Below, one piece after another: positions 27,906-42,100 of a stretch of 64,000 nt of DNA. The notes below the pieces were generated by a model. The model had not been told where the DNA came from and made no database searches. It saw only the letters and a list, made by a program, of their open reading frames with translations. This DNA is from Amphiscolops sp. MND2022. Lineage: Eukaryota. The number at the start of each line of letters is the position of its first letter. Positions within the stretch are counted from its first letter, which is position 1. Made by a program: the position numbers and the translations under genes. The stretch lies in contig OZ076409.1 in assembly GCA_964187785.1 (NCBI GenBank), positions 74,464,001 through 74,528,000 of the forward strand, written 5' to 3'.

Positions 27906-29877
27906 GTGCGGGGGGGTAACCCCATCCCTTATCTTGGAGGATTCGGGTAGGGTCCTGAATCCGAGTTCAGTGCCGCCAGCTCTCAGTAGAAATCTGGGCA
28001 TTTTTTTGCGATCTCGTGATCTAACCATAGGATTTTAAAGTTGGAGCGGCCCCCACCAGATTTTCCAAAGTTATTCGCCCCCCACCGGGTTCCAGCGTGA
28101 TTGAAATATTTTGTCGGGGTACACGGGCGACCGTTAGGGGTCATTTTAGGGGTAAAATTTATATCCGGTCGCATAACTTTTTTCCTGTTGGTTTAAAACT
28201 TTGGGACCCTGCTAAAAGTTTCTTGACCGTGTTGCGGTGGCTCCGGAGGTCCAAACCAAATTTTTCTATCTTGAAGCTATCTCCAAGTACCCCCCCGCCC
28301 AAACCGTTATTTTTCCGGAAACGCCGGTTTTTGACCCGGAAGGAGTCGTCTGAGCGCGGGGTCGTTAGGTGATGTTTTGGGGACGGCCTCGAGACGAAGC
28401 GGGGGATATATAGTTTGCCGACCCCAGTTTACCCCCCGCACGGGAAATGACCGTTATATGAGCGGGAAAAATGCCCCCCTCCACGTTTTACCGCTATTTC
28501 CGGTGTGAAGGATTGGGAGTAGCGCGTCGGGTGTTATATAACAAAAGTAGGTTTAGACAAGGACCTATCGGAAACATGTAGCTTGGGACCCCCTGGACCA
28601 ACCCGTTAGCGGGAAATGGGGCTTCCGCCTCCTTTTTTTACTGCTAAAACCGTAAAATGGGCATTGAGGGGTAAATATCTCGTGAACGCGTGGAGCAATC
28701 GTGTCCATCACTACTACAAGGTTTCATACCCATGATATGGTGCCTTCAGGGGGGCAAACAGATTTCCGCTAACTATCACCGTTACCGACTTGGCCCCCCA
28801 GCTTAACCGCTATGTGACCGGAAATGTCACTTTTTGAGCCCAAAGGGTCGGTCCCATCCGGGGAACGTTAGGTAACTTATTGTAGTACTCAATGAGACGA
28901 GTTGGGGGATATAGTTTCAGTCACCCCCCGTTACCCCTTGGGACCGGAAATGACCGTTATGTGGGTAAAATTGCAATTTTTATACTTTTTCAAGTGTATT
29001 TAGGTGCGGAAGGCGTGGTAATAGGTGCTTGGACACTATATGAGGTAAGGGAGGACGTGAGGCGAGCATTCGGAAATAACCGTTATGTTGACCCTAAAGT
29101 CCCCCTGGTACCGTAAACGACCGGAAATGGTCAAATTTTGTGTCTATTGGGTACAAATGTTTAGTATTTTGTAGATAAAAGTATCTATTAGGTGTTTCGA
29201 CGGTCTGCAATAGTGAACATAGTCATGAAACCTTGTGGGGGGTAACGGGGTATATAGCACCGGAAGTCCAAACCGTTGGACACAGGATAGGTTTTTGGTT
29301 TGAAAATGTCTTTCGGCGTACTTTTGTCGACTATTATGGACTATTATTAAAAATTAAAGTTTTTCCATATAGTTTCAGAGACTCCGAAACCTCAACCAAC
29401 ATAACCGTTACATTTTGATAGCCTTTCAAGTTGGCCTGGTGTCAACTTGGAAGCGCTATCCTTCTGAAATCGTTAATCAAGAGTGTTTTTGGGTAGGTAT
29501 ATATTGCATTAGTACCAATTAGAGCTTCATCAACAGTGTATCAACGACAAAAACTATGCCGTCATGATTCCGTTATTAGAATCATAGTGAGCAAATTGTT
29601 GAAAAAAATGGTTTTTACCATACAAAACGTGTCCTAAATGCCAGGAAACCTATTTACCTAACAAATGGTATTAATTGGAATGTATGTAACAGATTTATAA
29701 AAGTTCAAATTGAATATTACATTTCATTATGGAAGCTGAAACGTCATATTTTAGTTTAATTAACGTCAACGCCACACACTTTACATCAACGCCCATCGTC
29801 TGTGGGCATGCCGAGGCATGCCCTTCGACGACGTATGACAAATCCATATCAAACGACGCCCGTATATCCCGGGCTAG
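27906..29877 (+). mobile_element. Long unit family L2 copy 2
   Basis: Highly similar to 24647-26616; hairpin at 29417-29460. Confidence 0.85.
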
Positions 29878-31155
29878 GTGGCCGGAAATTTTTTTTTTCA
29901 TCAAAATCTTTGCCATTGGGGGAGGGGCCCCGGATGGCCAGTAGTTCGGCTTGGCTACCTGCAAAATCAGGTACAAAAAAACACGATCTCAAAATTGGCC
30001 CGTCAGAATTCGCTCATTTTCTGCATGCGGCCCTAGAATCAATATATAAGAACAAAGTCCTGCTGACGTTTTGCCGAAAAAACATTTTTTGTTGACCAAA
30101 AATAACATTTTTCATGCCAAAATGACCGTTTTTTCACATTTTTCAACTTTGAGAGCTCATATCTCGTTCCCAGGTACCCGGAGCGGTTCGCACGTGAACT
30201 GCAATATTGCTCAGCGTTGTTAACGGAGTGCGTGGACAAATTTTGGTCCAAATTGCACTTAAACTCGGGGAGATATAAACGGATTTTTGGGGGTTTCCGG
30301 GGTAAATTTTTTAACGGTCCAGCTTATCTTTGCCATTTTTTGGAAAATGTACTCGCCTAAAGGCCTCCCCCTGGCCGAATTTACTCCCAGCAAAACCATT
30401 TGGCCCTAAATACGGAGTTTCAGCGTTCTAGCATTTCCGGGCGAAAAGTTGTGGGACTTAGAAAAAATTCAAAATTTTTCAAAATTTTTTTTTTCGTTTT
30501 CCGGCCCCCCAATGAAGGGGAACGACCCCCCAACTAGGATTTTTGGTGAATCCATGCGAAAAGGTCTTGTTTAGTGGAGAAAAATGCCGTTTAGAGCGAC
30601 TTTTTATCTTAACTTGACGTTGACTTATGTCGTTTTGAATTTGATATTAGTATGTGTTGAGCATGTGAAAAGTTGAACATTTCAGTTGTTCTTTCGTGTT
30701 AGCCATTGAGATACAAGCTGTAGTGATCAAATTGTGATTTTTTGCAGTTTCGTGGTGCTTTTGGTGTATTTTGATTCTTTTGATAAAAAAAATGTTCTTT
30801 ATATATTGACAATTTTGGTGTATTGATTCAAATGAACATGAAACAGTTGAGTACATTTCATCTCCCTCTTGGGGGAGATGAGAATGTACTCGCTAAAGTC
30901 CTAGTACTATGACCCATTTTTGTTTTTATCAGACGCAGATACTGCCAACGGATACTTTTTGCTGGTGCAACTTTCCTGTGCACAATGTCTTTAGAAGCTA
31001 GAAAACTCTATGTCTCTAGCTTACTTCTCCTACAAATTCGTCACCAACGTCAACGCCACACACTCTCACTAACGCCCACCGTCTGTGGGCATGCCGAGGC
31101 ATGCCCTTCGACGACGTATGCCAAATAGCGCCACAGGGCGCCCAATTTTGTCTAG
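29878..31155 (+). mobile_element. Short unit family B copy 2
   Basis: Near-identical to 5862-7141. Confidence 0.85.
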
Positions 31156-33148
31156 GTGCGGGGGGGAAACCCCATCCCTTATCTTGGAGGATTCGGGTAG
31201 GGTCCTGAATCCGAGTTCAGTGCCGCCAGCTCTCAGTAGAAATCTGGGCATTTTTTTGCGATCTCGTGATCTAACCATAGGATTTTAAAGTTGGAGCGGC
31301 CCCCACCAGATTTTCCAAAGTTATTCGCCCCCCACCGGGTTCCAGCGTGATTGAAATATTTTGACGGGGTACACGAGCGACCGTTAGGGGTCATTTTGGG
31401 GGTAAAATTTATATCCGGTCGCATAACTTTTTTCCTGTTGGATTAAAACTTTGGGACCCTGCTAAAAGTTTCTTGACCGTGTTGCGGGGGCTCCGGAGGT
31501 CCAAACCAAATTTTTCTATCTTGAAGCTATCTCCAAGTACCCCCCCGCCCAAACCGTTATTTTTCCGGAAACGCAGGTTTTTGACCCGGAAGGAGTCGTC
31601 TGAGCGCGGTGTCGTTAGGTGATGTATTGGGGACGGCCTTGAGACGAAGCGGGGGATATATAGTTTGCCGACCCCAGTTTACCCCCCGGACGGGAAATGA
31701 CCGTTATATGAGCGGGAAAAATGCCCCCCTCCACGTTTTACCGCTATTTCCGGTGTGAAGGAGTGGGAGTAGCGCTTCGGGTGCCATATATCAAAAATAA
31801 GTTTAGACAAGGACCTATCGGAAACATGTAGTTTGGGACCCCCTGGACCAACCCGTTAGCGGAAAATGGGGCTTCCGCCTCCTTTTTTTACTGCTAAAAC
31901 CGTAAAATGGGCATTGAGGGGTAAATATCTCGTGAACGCGTGGAGCAATCGTGTCCATCACTACTACAAGGTTTCATACCCATGATATGGTGCCTTTAGG
32001 GGGGCAAACAGATTTCCGCTATCTATCACCGTTACCGACTTGGCCCCCCAGCCTAACCGCTATGTGACCGGAAATGTCACTTTTTGAGCCCAAAGGGTCG
32101 GTCCCAGCCGGGGAACGTTAGGTAACTTATTGTAGTACTCAATGAGACGAGTTGGGGGATATAGTTTCAGTCAACCCCCGTTACCCCTTGGGACCGGAAA
32201 TGACCGTTATGTGGGTAAATTTGCAATTTTTATACTCTTTGAAGTGTATTTAGGTGCGGAAGGAGTGGTAATAGGTGCTTGGACACTATATGATGTAATG
32301 GAGGTCGTGAGGAGAGCATTCGGAAATAACCGTTATGTTGACCCCGAAGTCCCCCTGGTACCGTTAACGACCGGAAACGGCCAAATTTTGTGTCTATTGG
32401 GTACAAATGTTTGGTATTTTATGGATAAAAGTACCTGGAAGGTGTTTTAAAGGCCTCCAGAAGTGAACATAGTCATGAAACCTTGTGGGGGGTAACGGTA
32501 TATAGCACCGGAAGTCCAAACCGTTGGTCACAGAATAGGTTTTTTGGTTTCAAAATGTCTTTAGGCATAGTTTTGTGGGTTGAATCGTCATAAAATCAAC
32601 TAATACGGACTTTTTTCGAGAATTAAAATTTTTTCACATTAGTTTCAGGGACCTCCAATGCTTCAGTCAACATAACCGTTACATTTTGATAGCCTTTCAA
32701 GTTGACCTGGTGTCAACTTGGAAGGGCTATCCTTCTAAAATCGTTAATCAAGAGTGTTTTTGGGTAGGTATATGTTGCATTAGTACCAATTAGAGCTTCA
32801 TCAACAGTTTGCCAACGGCAAAAACGATGTCGTGATAATTCCGTTATAAAAATATTAGTTAACAAATTGTTTTCAAAGTTGATTTTTTCCATTAAAAATG
32901 TGTCCTAATGCCACCAAATTGAATAATATAATAAATGGTATTGACTAAAACTAAATAACAATGAAAAAGAAGATCAACATTTTTATTAGGTCTCATTATG
33001 GAAGCTGAAACCTCACGTTTTAACTTAATTAACGTCAACGCCACATACTTTACATCAACGCCCACCGTCTGTGGGCATGCCGAGGCATGCCCTTCGACGA
33101 CGTATACCAATTACATATATATCTACACCCACCCGCGGTAGCAGCTAG
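31156..33148 (+). mobile_element. Long unit family L2 copy 3
   Basis: Similar to the other L2 copies, more diverged in its 3' third; hairpin at 32688-32731; tail resembles that of unit 3684-5861. Confidence 0.85.
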
Positions 33149-36100
33149 GTGCCCGGATTTCTATTCATTAAAGTATGTTGCGCGTGTGGGTAGGGCCCCG
33201 TGGCGCGCTCTTGTGTCCCTGTTCTAAAATCTGTAATTTCCGGCAGCATTCTGAGCGATTTTCTAAACTATCCATACGATTTGGCTGAAATTTGGCACAC
33301 GTACCCCCCTCGGCACGGTGAAGATGATTTCCTACTGACGTTTTTCCCGCAAAATTTTTTTTGTTGTCCAAAATAACGGTTTTTGGGGTAAAATTTTGAA
33401 CTTTTTTTAAATTTCATCTTATATCTCGCCACGGGTTTACGCTAGCGCTTCAAAACCCTGCTAAAGAAAGCTTGCAAACTGTCTCAGGAATGCTGTGTGA
33501 AATTTTCAGCTCAATCGGACTCAAACTCGGGGAGATATAGCGTTTTTCCGGAGCGGGGGGGTTTCATTTTTCTAACGGTCCAGCTTATCTTTGCCATTTT
33601 TTCGAAAATGCACTCGCCTAAAGGCCTCCCCTGGCCGGTTTTATTCCCAGCAAAACCATTTGGCCCTAAATACGGAGTTTCAGCGTTCCAGCATTCCCGG
33701 GCGAAAAGTTGTGGGACTTAGAAAAGTTCAAAAATTTTCAAAAAATTTTTTTTCCGTTTTCCGCCCTCCCCCCCTAGGGGAAAAGACCCCCCAACCAGTA
33801 ATTTGAGTGAATTCATGTGGAAAGGCCATGTTTAGAGGAGAAAAATGCCGTTTAGAACGTCTTTTTATCTTGACTCAACGTTGACTTATGACGTTTTGAA
33901 GGTGATGTTTGGAGGTGTAAAGCACGCGAATAGTAAACGTTATGAGTATTTATCTGATCTGAAAGCCATTGAGATGAATATGGTTTGCTCAAAACGTAAT
34001 TCATGGCAGTTTGGCAATCAATCAACACCCTTTGTTGTCGTTTGACATACTTTTTTGTTGTTATAATAAAAAATTTTGTGTATTTATTCATTTTTTTCTC
34101 ATCAAATAACTTGAAACAGTTGAGTACATTCCATCCCCCCCTTCCGGGGGAGATGAGAATGTACTCGCAAAAAGCACCGAACTACGGCCCTAACCTTCCC
34201 GAGCTACGCAGTATAAGGATTACATATTGGTTCCGACATTTTCATAGAGTTAAATCTTGGTAATCTGTCTGGATATGCAGAAAAACCAGCACGTGCTTTT
34301 TTATACCAAGTTGCTTACAACGACAATTATTTTATATCAACGCCCCCATATTTATCAACGCCCCCCGTCCGTGGGCATGCCGAGGCATGCCCTTCGACGA
34401 CGTATACCAAGATATACATCGAGCGCGTTAGCCTAGGTGCCGGGATTTCTATTCGATAAAGTATGTGGCGCGTGTGGGTAGGGTCCCTGGCGCGCTCTTG
34501 GGTATGGTGTTCACCAGCTAGGAAATAGGGGTCGATTTTTCGGGATCTCCTAAACTAGCCACACGATTTGGCTGAAAATTGGCACACGTACTCCCCTCGG
34601 CATGGTGAAGATGATTCCCTACTAGCGTTTTGCTCGCAAAATTTTTTTTGTTGTCCAAAATAACGGTTTTTGGGGGAAAATTTTGAACTTTTTTTAAATT
34701 TCATCTTATATCTCGCCACGGGTTTACGCTAGCGCTTCGAAACCCTGCTAAAGAAAGCTTGCAAACTGTCTCAGGAATGCGGTGTGAAATTTTCAGCTCA
34801 ATCGGACTTAAACTCAGGGAGATATAGCGTTTTTCCGGAGCGGGGGGGTTTCATTTTTCTAACGGTCCAGCTTATCTTTGCCATTTTTTCGAAAATGTAC
34901 TCGCCTAAAGACCTCCCCTGGCCGGTTTTATTCCCAGCAAAACCATTTGGCCCTAAATACGGAGTTTCAGCGTTCCAGCATTCCCGGGCGAAAAGTTGTG
35001 GGACTTAGAAAATTTCAAAAATTTTCAAATTTTTTTTTTCGGTTTTCCGCCCTCCCCCCCCCCCGAGGGGAAAAGACCCCCCAACCAGTAATTTGAGTGA
35101 ATTCATGTGGAAAGGCCATGTTTAGAGGAGAAAAATGCCGTTTAGATCGTCTTTTTATTTTAACCTGTCGTTGACTTAAGACGTTTTGAAGGTGACCGTT
35201 AGATGTGTGAAGCATGTGAAATGTTAGTATTATGTGTCCTGAAAGCCATTGAGATACAAGCTGTATTGTTCAAATCGTGTTTTATAGTAGTTCTCTAGTG
35301 AATTGGGTGTTTTTGGAAAAAAATATTATCAAATAAAGAAAATGTTTGTGTTTTTATTCATTTTTATCTCATCTTTTAACTTGAAACAGTTGAGTACATT
35401 CCATCTCCCGCCCCGGGGGAGATGAGAATGTACTCGTTAAAGGCCGAGCACTACAGTCTTTGTATTCCACAACACATAAAAGACTGCAAATGGAATTAGT
35501 TTCTATGAAAATTTCATTTTTTTGCACTCTGACTCGACATGCTGAACGACGGTTCTTACCATACATTTCCATACTACCACAACACATCCCTAACGTCAGC
35601 GCCCCATACTCTACACCAACGCCCCCCGTCCGTGGGCATGCCGAGGCATGCCCTTCGACGACGTGCACCAAGATATACCCCCAAGCGCGTTAGCCTAGGT
35701 GCCGGTGTCTTTTTACACAATGGGGGAAGTTGCGCGGTTGGGGAGGGTCCCTGACGCGCTTCCGTGAGATCAGGTTTTTCAACTAGTGAAATCGACAAAG
35801 AAAATTGAGATCTCGTAAACTAGCCATACGATTTGGCTGAAATTTGGCACACGTACCCCCCTCGGCACGGTGAAGATGATTCCCTACTGACGTTTTTCCC
35901 GCTAAACATTTTTTGTTGACCAAAATAACGGTTTTTGGGGTAAAATTTTCAACTTTTTTTAAATTTCATCTTATATCTCGCCACGGGTACACGCTAGCGC
36001 TTCCGAACCTTGCTGACGAAAGTTTGCAAACTGTCTCAGGAATGCTGTGTGAAATTTTCAGCTCAATCGGACTTAAACTCGAGGAGATATAGCGTTTTTC

Positions 36101-39100
36101 CGGAGCGGGGGGGTTTCATATTTCTAACGGTCCAGCTTATCTTTGCCATTTTTTCGAAAATGCACTCGCCTAAAGGCCTCCCCTGGCCGGTTTTATTCCC
36201 AGCAAAACCATTTGGCCCTAAATACGGAGTTTCAGCGTTCCAGCATTCCCGGGCGAAAAGTTGTGGGACTTAGAATTTTTCAAAAATTTTCAAAAAAATT
36301 TTTTTCCGTTATTTGGGCCCCCAAAGTGGGGGAAAGCACCCCCCAACCAGTAAAGCAAGTGAATGCATGTGGAAAGCCCTTGTTTAGAGGAGAAAAATGT
36401 CGTTTAGAACGTCTTTTTATCTTGGCTCAACGTTGACTTATGACGTTTTGAAGGTGATGTTTGGAGGTGTAAAGCACGTGAATAGTAAACGTTATGAGTA
36501 TTTATCTGATCTGAAAGCCATTGAGATGCAATATGGTTTGCTCAAAACGTAATTCATTGCAGTTTGGCAATCAATCAACACCCTTTGTTGTCGTTTGACA
36601 TACTTTTTTGTTGTTATAATAAAAAATTTTGTGTATTTATTCATTTTTTTCTCATCAAATAACTTGAAACAGTTGAGTACATTCCATCCCCCCTTCCGGG
36701 GGAGATGAGAATGTACTCGCAAAAAGCACCGAACTACGGCCCTTACCTTCCCGAGCTACGCAGTATAAGGATTAGATATTGGTTCCGACATTTTCATAGA
36801 GTTAAATCTTGGTAATCTGTCTGGATATGCAGAAAAATCAGCACGTGCCTTTTAATACCAAGTTGCTTACAACGACAATTATTTTATATCAACGCCCCCA
36901 TATTTATCAACGCCCCCCGTCCGTGGGCATGCCGAGGCATGCCCTTCGACGACGTATACCAAGATATACATAAGCGCGGTAGCCGCTAGGTGCCGGTGTT
37001 TTTTTACACAATGGGGGAAGTTGCGCGTGTGGGGAGGGTCCCTGACGCGCTCCCGGGATTTCGGATTTTTTAACCTTTACGTACCCATCAAAAATTTTGG
37101 GATCTCGAAAACTAGCCGTACGATTTGGCTGAAATTTGGCACACGTACCCCCCTCGGCACGGTGAAGATGATTCCCTACTGACGTTTTTCCCGCTAAACA
37201 TTTTTTGTTGACCAAAATAACGGTTTTTGGGGTAAAATTTTCAACTTTTTTTAAATTTCATCTTATATCTCGCCACGGGTGCACGCTAGCGCTTCCAAAC
37301 CTTGCTGACGAAAGTTTGCAAACTGTCTCAGGAATGCTGTGTGAAATTTTCAGCTCAATCGGACTTAAACTCGAGGAGATATAGCGTTTTTCCGGAGCGG
37401 GGGGGTTTCATTTTTCTAACGGTCCAGCTTATCTTTGCCTTTTTTTCGGAAATGCATTCGCCTAAAGGCCTCCCCTGGCCGGTTTTATTCCCAGCAAAAC
37501 CATTTGGCCCTAAATACGGAGTTTCAGCGTTCCAGCATTCCCGGGCGAAAAGTTGTGGGACTTAGAAAAGTTCAAAAATTTTCAAAAAAATTTTTTTCCG
37601 TTATTTGGGCCCCCAAAGTGGGGGAAAAGACCCCCCAACCAATAAGGCAAGTGAATGCATGTGCAAAGCCCTTGTTTAGAGGAGAAAAATGCCGTTTAGA
37701 ACGTCTTTTTATCTTGGCTCAACGTACTTATGACGTTTTGAAGGTGATGTTTGGAGGTGTAAAGCACGTGAATAGTAAACGTTATGAGTATTTATCTGAT
37801 CTGAAAGCCATTGAGATGCAATATGGTTTGCTCAAAACGTAATTCATGGCAGTTTGGCAATCAATCAACACCCTTTGTTGTCGTTTGACATACTTTTTTG
37901 TGGTTATAATAAAAAATTTTGTGTATTTATTCATTTTTTTCTCATCGAATAACTTGAAACAGTTGAGTACATTCCATCCCCCCTTCCGGGGGAGATGAGA
38001 ATGTACTCGCAAAAAGCACCGAACTACAGCCCTTACCTTCCCGAGCTACGCAGTATAAGGATTACATATTGGTTCCGACATTTTCATAGAGTTAAATCTT
38101 GGTAATCTGTCTGGATATGCAGAAAAACCAGCACGTGCTTTTTTATACCAAGTTGCTCACAACGACAATTATTTTATTTCAACGCCCCCATATTTATCAA
38201 CGCCCCCCGTCCGTGGGCATGCCGAGGCATGCCCTTCGACGACGTATACCAAGATATGTTCGAGCGCGTTAGCCTAGGTGCCGGTGTTTTTTTACACAAA
38301 GGGGGATGTTGCGCGTGTGGGGAGGGTCCCTGACGCGCTCCCGGGATTTCGGACTTTTTAACCTTTACGTACCCATCAAAAATTTTGGGATCTCGAAAAC
38401 TAGCCGTACGATTTGGCTGAAATTTGGCACACGTACCCCCCTCGGCACGGTGAAGATGATTCCCTACTGACGTTTTGCTCGCTAAACATTTTTTGTTGAC
38501 CAAAATAACGGTTTTTGGGGTAAAATTTTCAACTTTTTTTAAATTTCATCTTATATCTCGCCACGGGTTTACGCTAGCGCTTCAGAACTTTGCTAACGAA
38601 AGTTTGCAAACTGTCTGAGGAATGCTGTGTGAAATTTTCAGCTCAATCGGACTTAAACTCGAGGAGATATAGCGTTTTTCCGGAGCGGGGGGGTTTCATT
38701 TTTCTAACGGTCCAGCTTATCTTTGCCATTTTTTCGAAAATGTACTCGTCTAAAGGCCTCCCCTGGCCGGTTTTATTCCCAGCAAAACCATTTGGCCCTA
38801 AATACGGAGTTTCAGCGTTCCAGCATTCCCGGGCGAAAAGTTGTGGGACTTAGAAAATTTCAAAAATTTTCAAAAATTTTTTTTCCGTTATTTGGGCCCC
38901 CAAAGTGGGGGAAAAGACCCCCCAACCAGTAAAGCAAGTGAATGCATGTGCAAAGCCCTTGTTTGAACGAGAAAAATGCCGTTTAGAACGTCTTTTTATC
39001 TTGGCTCAACGTTGACTTATGACCTTTTGAAGGTGATGTTTGGAGGTGTAAAGCAAGTGAATAGTAAACGTTATGAGTATTTATCTGACCTGAAAGCCAG

Positions 39101-42100
39101 TGAGATGCAATATGGTTTGCTCAAAACGTAATTCATTGCAGTTTGGCAATCAATCAACACCCTTTGTTGTCGTTTGACATATTTTTTTGTTGTTATAACA
39201 AAAAATTTTGTGTATTTATTCATTTTTTTCTCATCAAATAACTTGAAACAGTTGAGTACATTCCATCCCCCCTTCCGGGGGAGATGAGAATGTACTCGCA
39301 AAAAGCACCGAACTACGGCCCTTACCTTCCCGAGCTACGCAGTATAAGAATTACATATTGGTTCCGACATTTTCATAGAGTTATATCTTGGTAATCTGTC
39401 TGGATATGCCGAAAAATCAGCACGTGCCTTTTAATACCAAGTTGCTCACAACGACAATTATTTTATATCAACGCCCCCATATTTATCAACGCCCCCCGTC
39501 CGTGGGCATGCCGAGGCATGCCCTTCGACGACCCGCACCAAAATATGCGTTAGCGCGGTAGCTGCTAGGTGCCCGGATTTCTATTCATTAAAGTATGTTG
39601 CGCGTGTGGGTAGGGCCCCTGGCGCGCTCTTGTGTCCCTGTTCTCATAACTGCAATTTCCGGCAGCATTCTGAGCGATTTTCTAAACTATCCATACGATT
39701 CGGCTGAAATTTGGCACACGTACCCCCCTCGGCACGGTGAAGATGATTTCCTACTGACGTTTTTCCCGCAAAATTTTTTTTGTTGTCCAAAATAACGGTT
39801 TTTGGGGTAAAATTTTGAATTTTTTTTAAATTTTATCTTATATCTCGCCACGGGTTTACGCTAGCGCTTCAAAACCTTGCTAAAGAAAGCTTGCAAACTG
39901 TCTCAGGAATGCTGTGTGAAATTTTCAGCTCAATCGGACTCAAACTCGGGGAGATATAGCGTTTTTCCGGAGCGGGGGGGTTTCATTTTTCTAACGGTCC
40001 AGCTTATCTTTGCCATTTTTTCGAAAATGCACTCGCCTAAAGGCCTCCCCTGGCCGGTTTTATTCCCAGCAAAACCATTTGGCCCTAAATACGGAGTTTC
40101 AGCGTTCCAGCATTCCCGGGCGAAAAGTTGTGGGACTTAGAAAAGTTCAAAAATTTTCAAAAATTTTTTTTTTCGTTTTCCGCCCTCCCCCCCTAGGGGA
40201 AAAGACCCCCCAACCAGTAATTTGAGTGAATTCATGTGGAAAGGCCTTGTTTAGAGGAGAAAAATGCCGTTTAGAACGTCTTTTTATCTTGGCTCAACGT
40301 TGATTTATGACGTTTTGAAGGTGATGTTTGGAGGTGTAAAGCACGTGAATAGTAAACGTTATGAGTATTTATCTGATCTGAAAGCCATTGAGATGAATAT
40401 GGTTTGCTCAAAACGTAATTCATGGCAGTTTGGCAATCAATCAACACCCTTTGTTGTCGTTTGACATACTTTTTTGTTGTTATAATAAAAAATTTTGTGT
40501 ATTTATTCATTTTTTTCTCATCAAATAACTTGAAACAGTTGAGTACATTCCATCCCCCCTTCACGGGGGAGATGAGAATGTACTCGCAAAAAGCACCGAA
40601 CTACGGCCCTAACCTTCCTGAGCTACGCAGTATAAAGATTGCATATTGGTTCCGACATTTTGATAGAGTTATATCTTGGTAATCTGTCTGGGTATGCAGA
40701 AAAACCAGCACGTGCTTTTTTATACCAAGTTGCTTACAACGACATTTATTTTATATCAACGCCCCCATATTTATCAACGCCCCCCGTCCGTGGGCATGCC
40801 GAGGCATGCCCTTCGACGACGTATACCAAGATATTCCCGAGCGCGTTAGCCTAGGTGGCCGGAAATTTTTTTTTCATCAAAATCTTTGCCATTGGGGGAG
40901 GGGCCCCGGATGGCCAGTAGTACGGGATAGCTTCCTACCAAATCCAGGCGGAAAAAACGTGATTTTGGAAACTAGCCGTCAGAATTTGCTCAAATTTTGC
41001 ATACGGCTTCCTATGACAATCCTAAGAACTAATCCCTACTGGCATTTTGCCCAAAAAAACGCAAAAAGTTGGTCAAAATCTTAGTTTTTTGGTCAAAAAA
41101 TGGCGTTTTTTCGAAAAAAAAATTTTTCAGAGACAATTACTCGTAACTGGTTCACCCAGCGCAAAAACGCCTAGCTGATTTATTGTTGGGCACTTCATGA
41201 GGAGTGCGTATACAAATTTTCGTCCAGATCGAAAAAAAAATGACTAAGTATTAGCCGGAATTCGGACGCATTTTTTCGCAAATTTTTGAAAACCTAGTCT
41301 ATCTCTGCCGTTTTTTGCCCAGATTTTTTTCCAGGTCCTCTCCTAAAGGCCTCCCGTGGCCGGTTTACTTCCCAGAAAAACCAATTGGCCCTAAATACGG
41401 AGTTTCAGCGTTCTAGCATTCCCGGGCGAAAAGATGTGGGACTTAGAAAAAATTCAAAATTTTTCAAAAAATTTTTTTTCGTTTTCCGGCCCCCCAATGA
41501 AGGGGAACGACCCCCCAACGAGGATTTTTGGTGAATTCACGTGGAAAGGCCTTGTTTTGTGGAGCAAATTGCCGTTTAGAGCAACTTTTTATCTTAACTT
41601 GACGTTGACCTCTGTCGTTTTGAATTTGATATTAGTATGTGCTGAGCATGTGAAAAGTTGATGATTTCAGTTGTTCTCTCGTGTTCAAGCCATTGAGATA
41701 CAAGCGGTAGTGATCAAAATGTGATTTATCGCAATTTGATGGTGCTTTTGGTGTATTTTGATTCTTTTAAATAAAAAGTTGTTCTTTATATATTTGGTGT
41801 ATTGATTCAAATGAACAAGAAACAGTTGAGTACATTTCATCTCCCCCCTTGTGGGGGAGATGAGGATGTACCCGCTAAATGACACGCACAATGGCCTAAT
41901 TTTATTTTTATGCGACATTTTCTAGGCTTTTGCGCAAGCCCACTAAAATTTAGACTGGTTTCCTTTTCTTTTACTCCAAAATTTTCCGTACTAACCACCT
42001 TACGCACCACCAGCTCAACGTAACATCTGTAACGTCAACGCCACACACTCTCACTAACGCCCACCGTCCGTGGGCATGCCGAGGCATGCCCTTCGACGAC

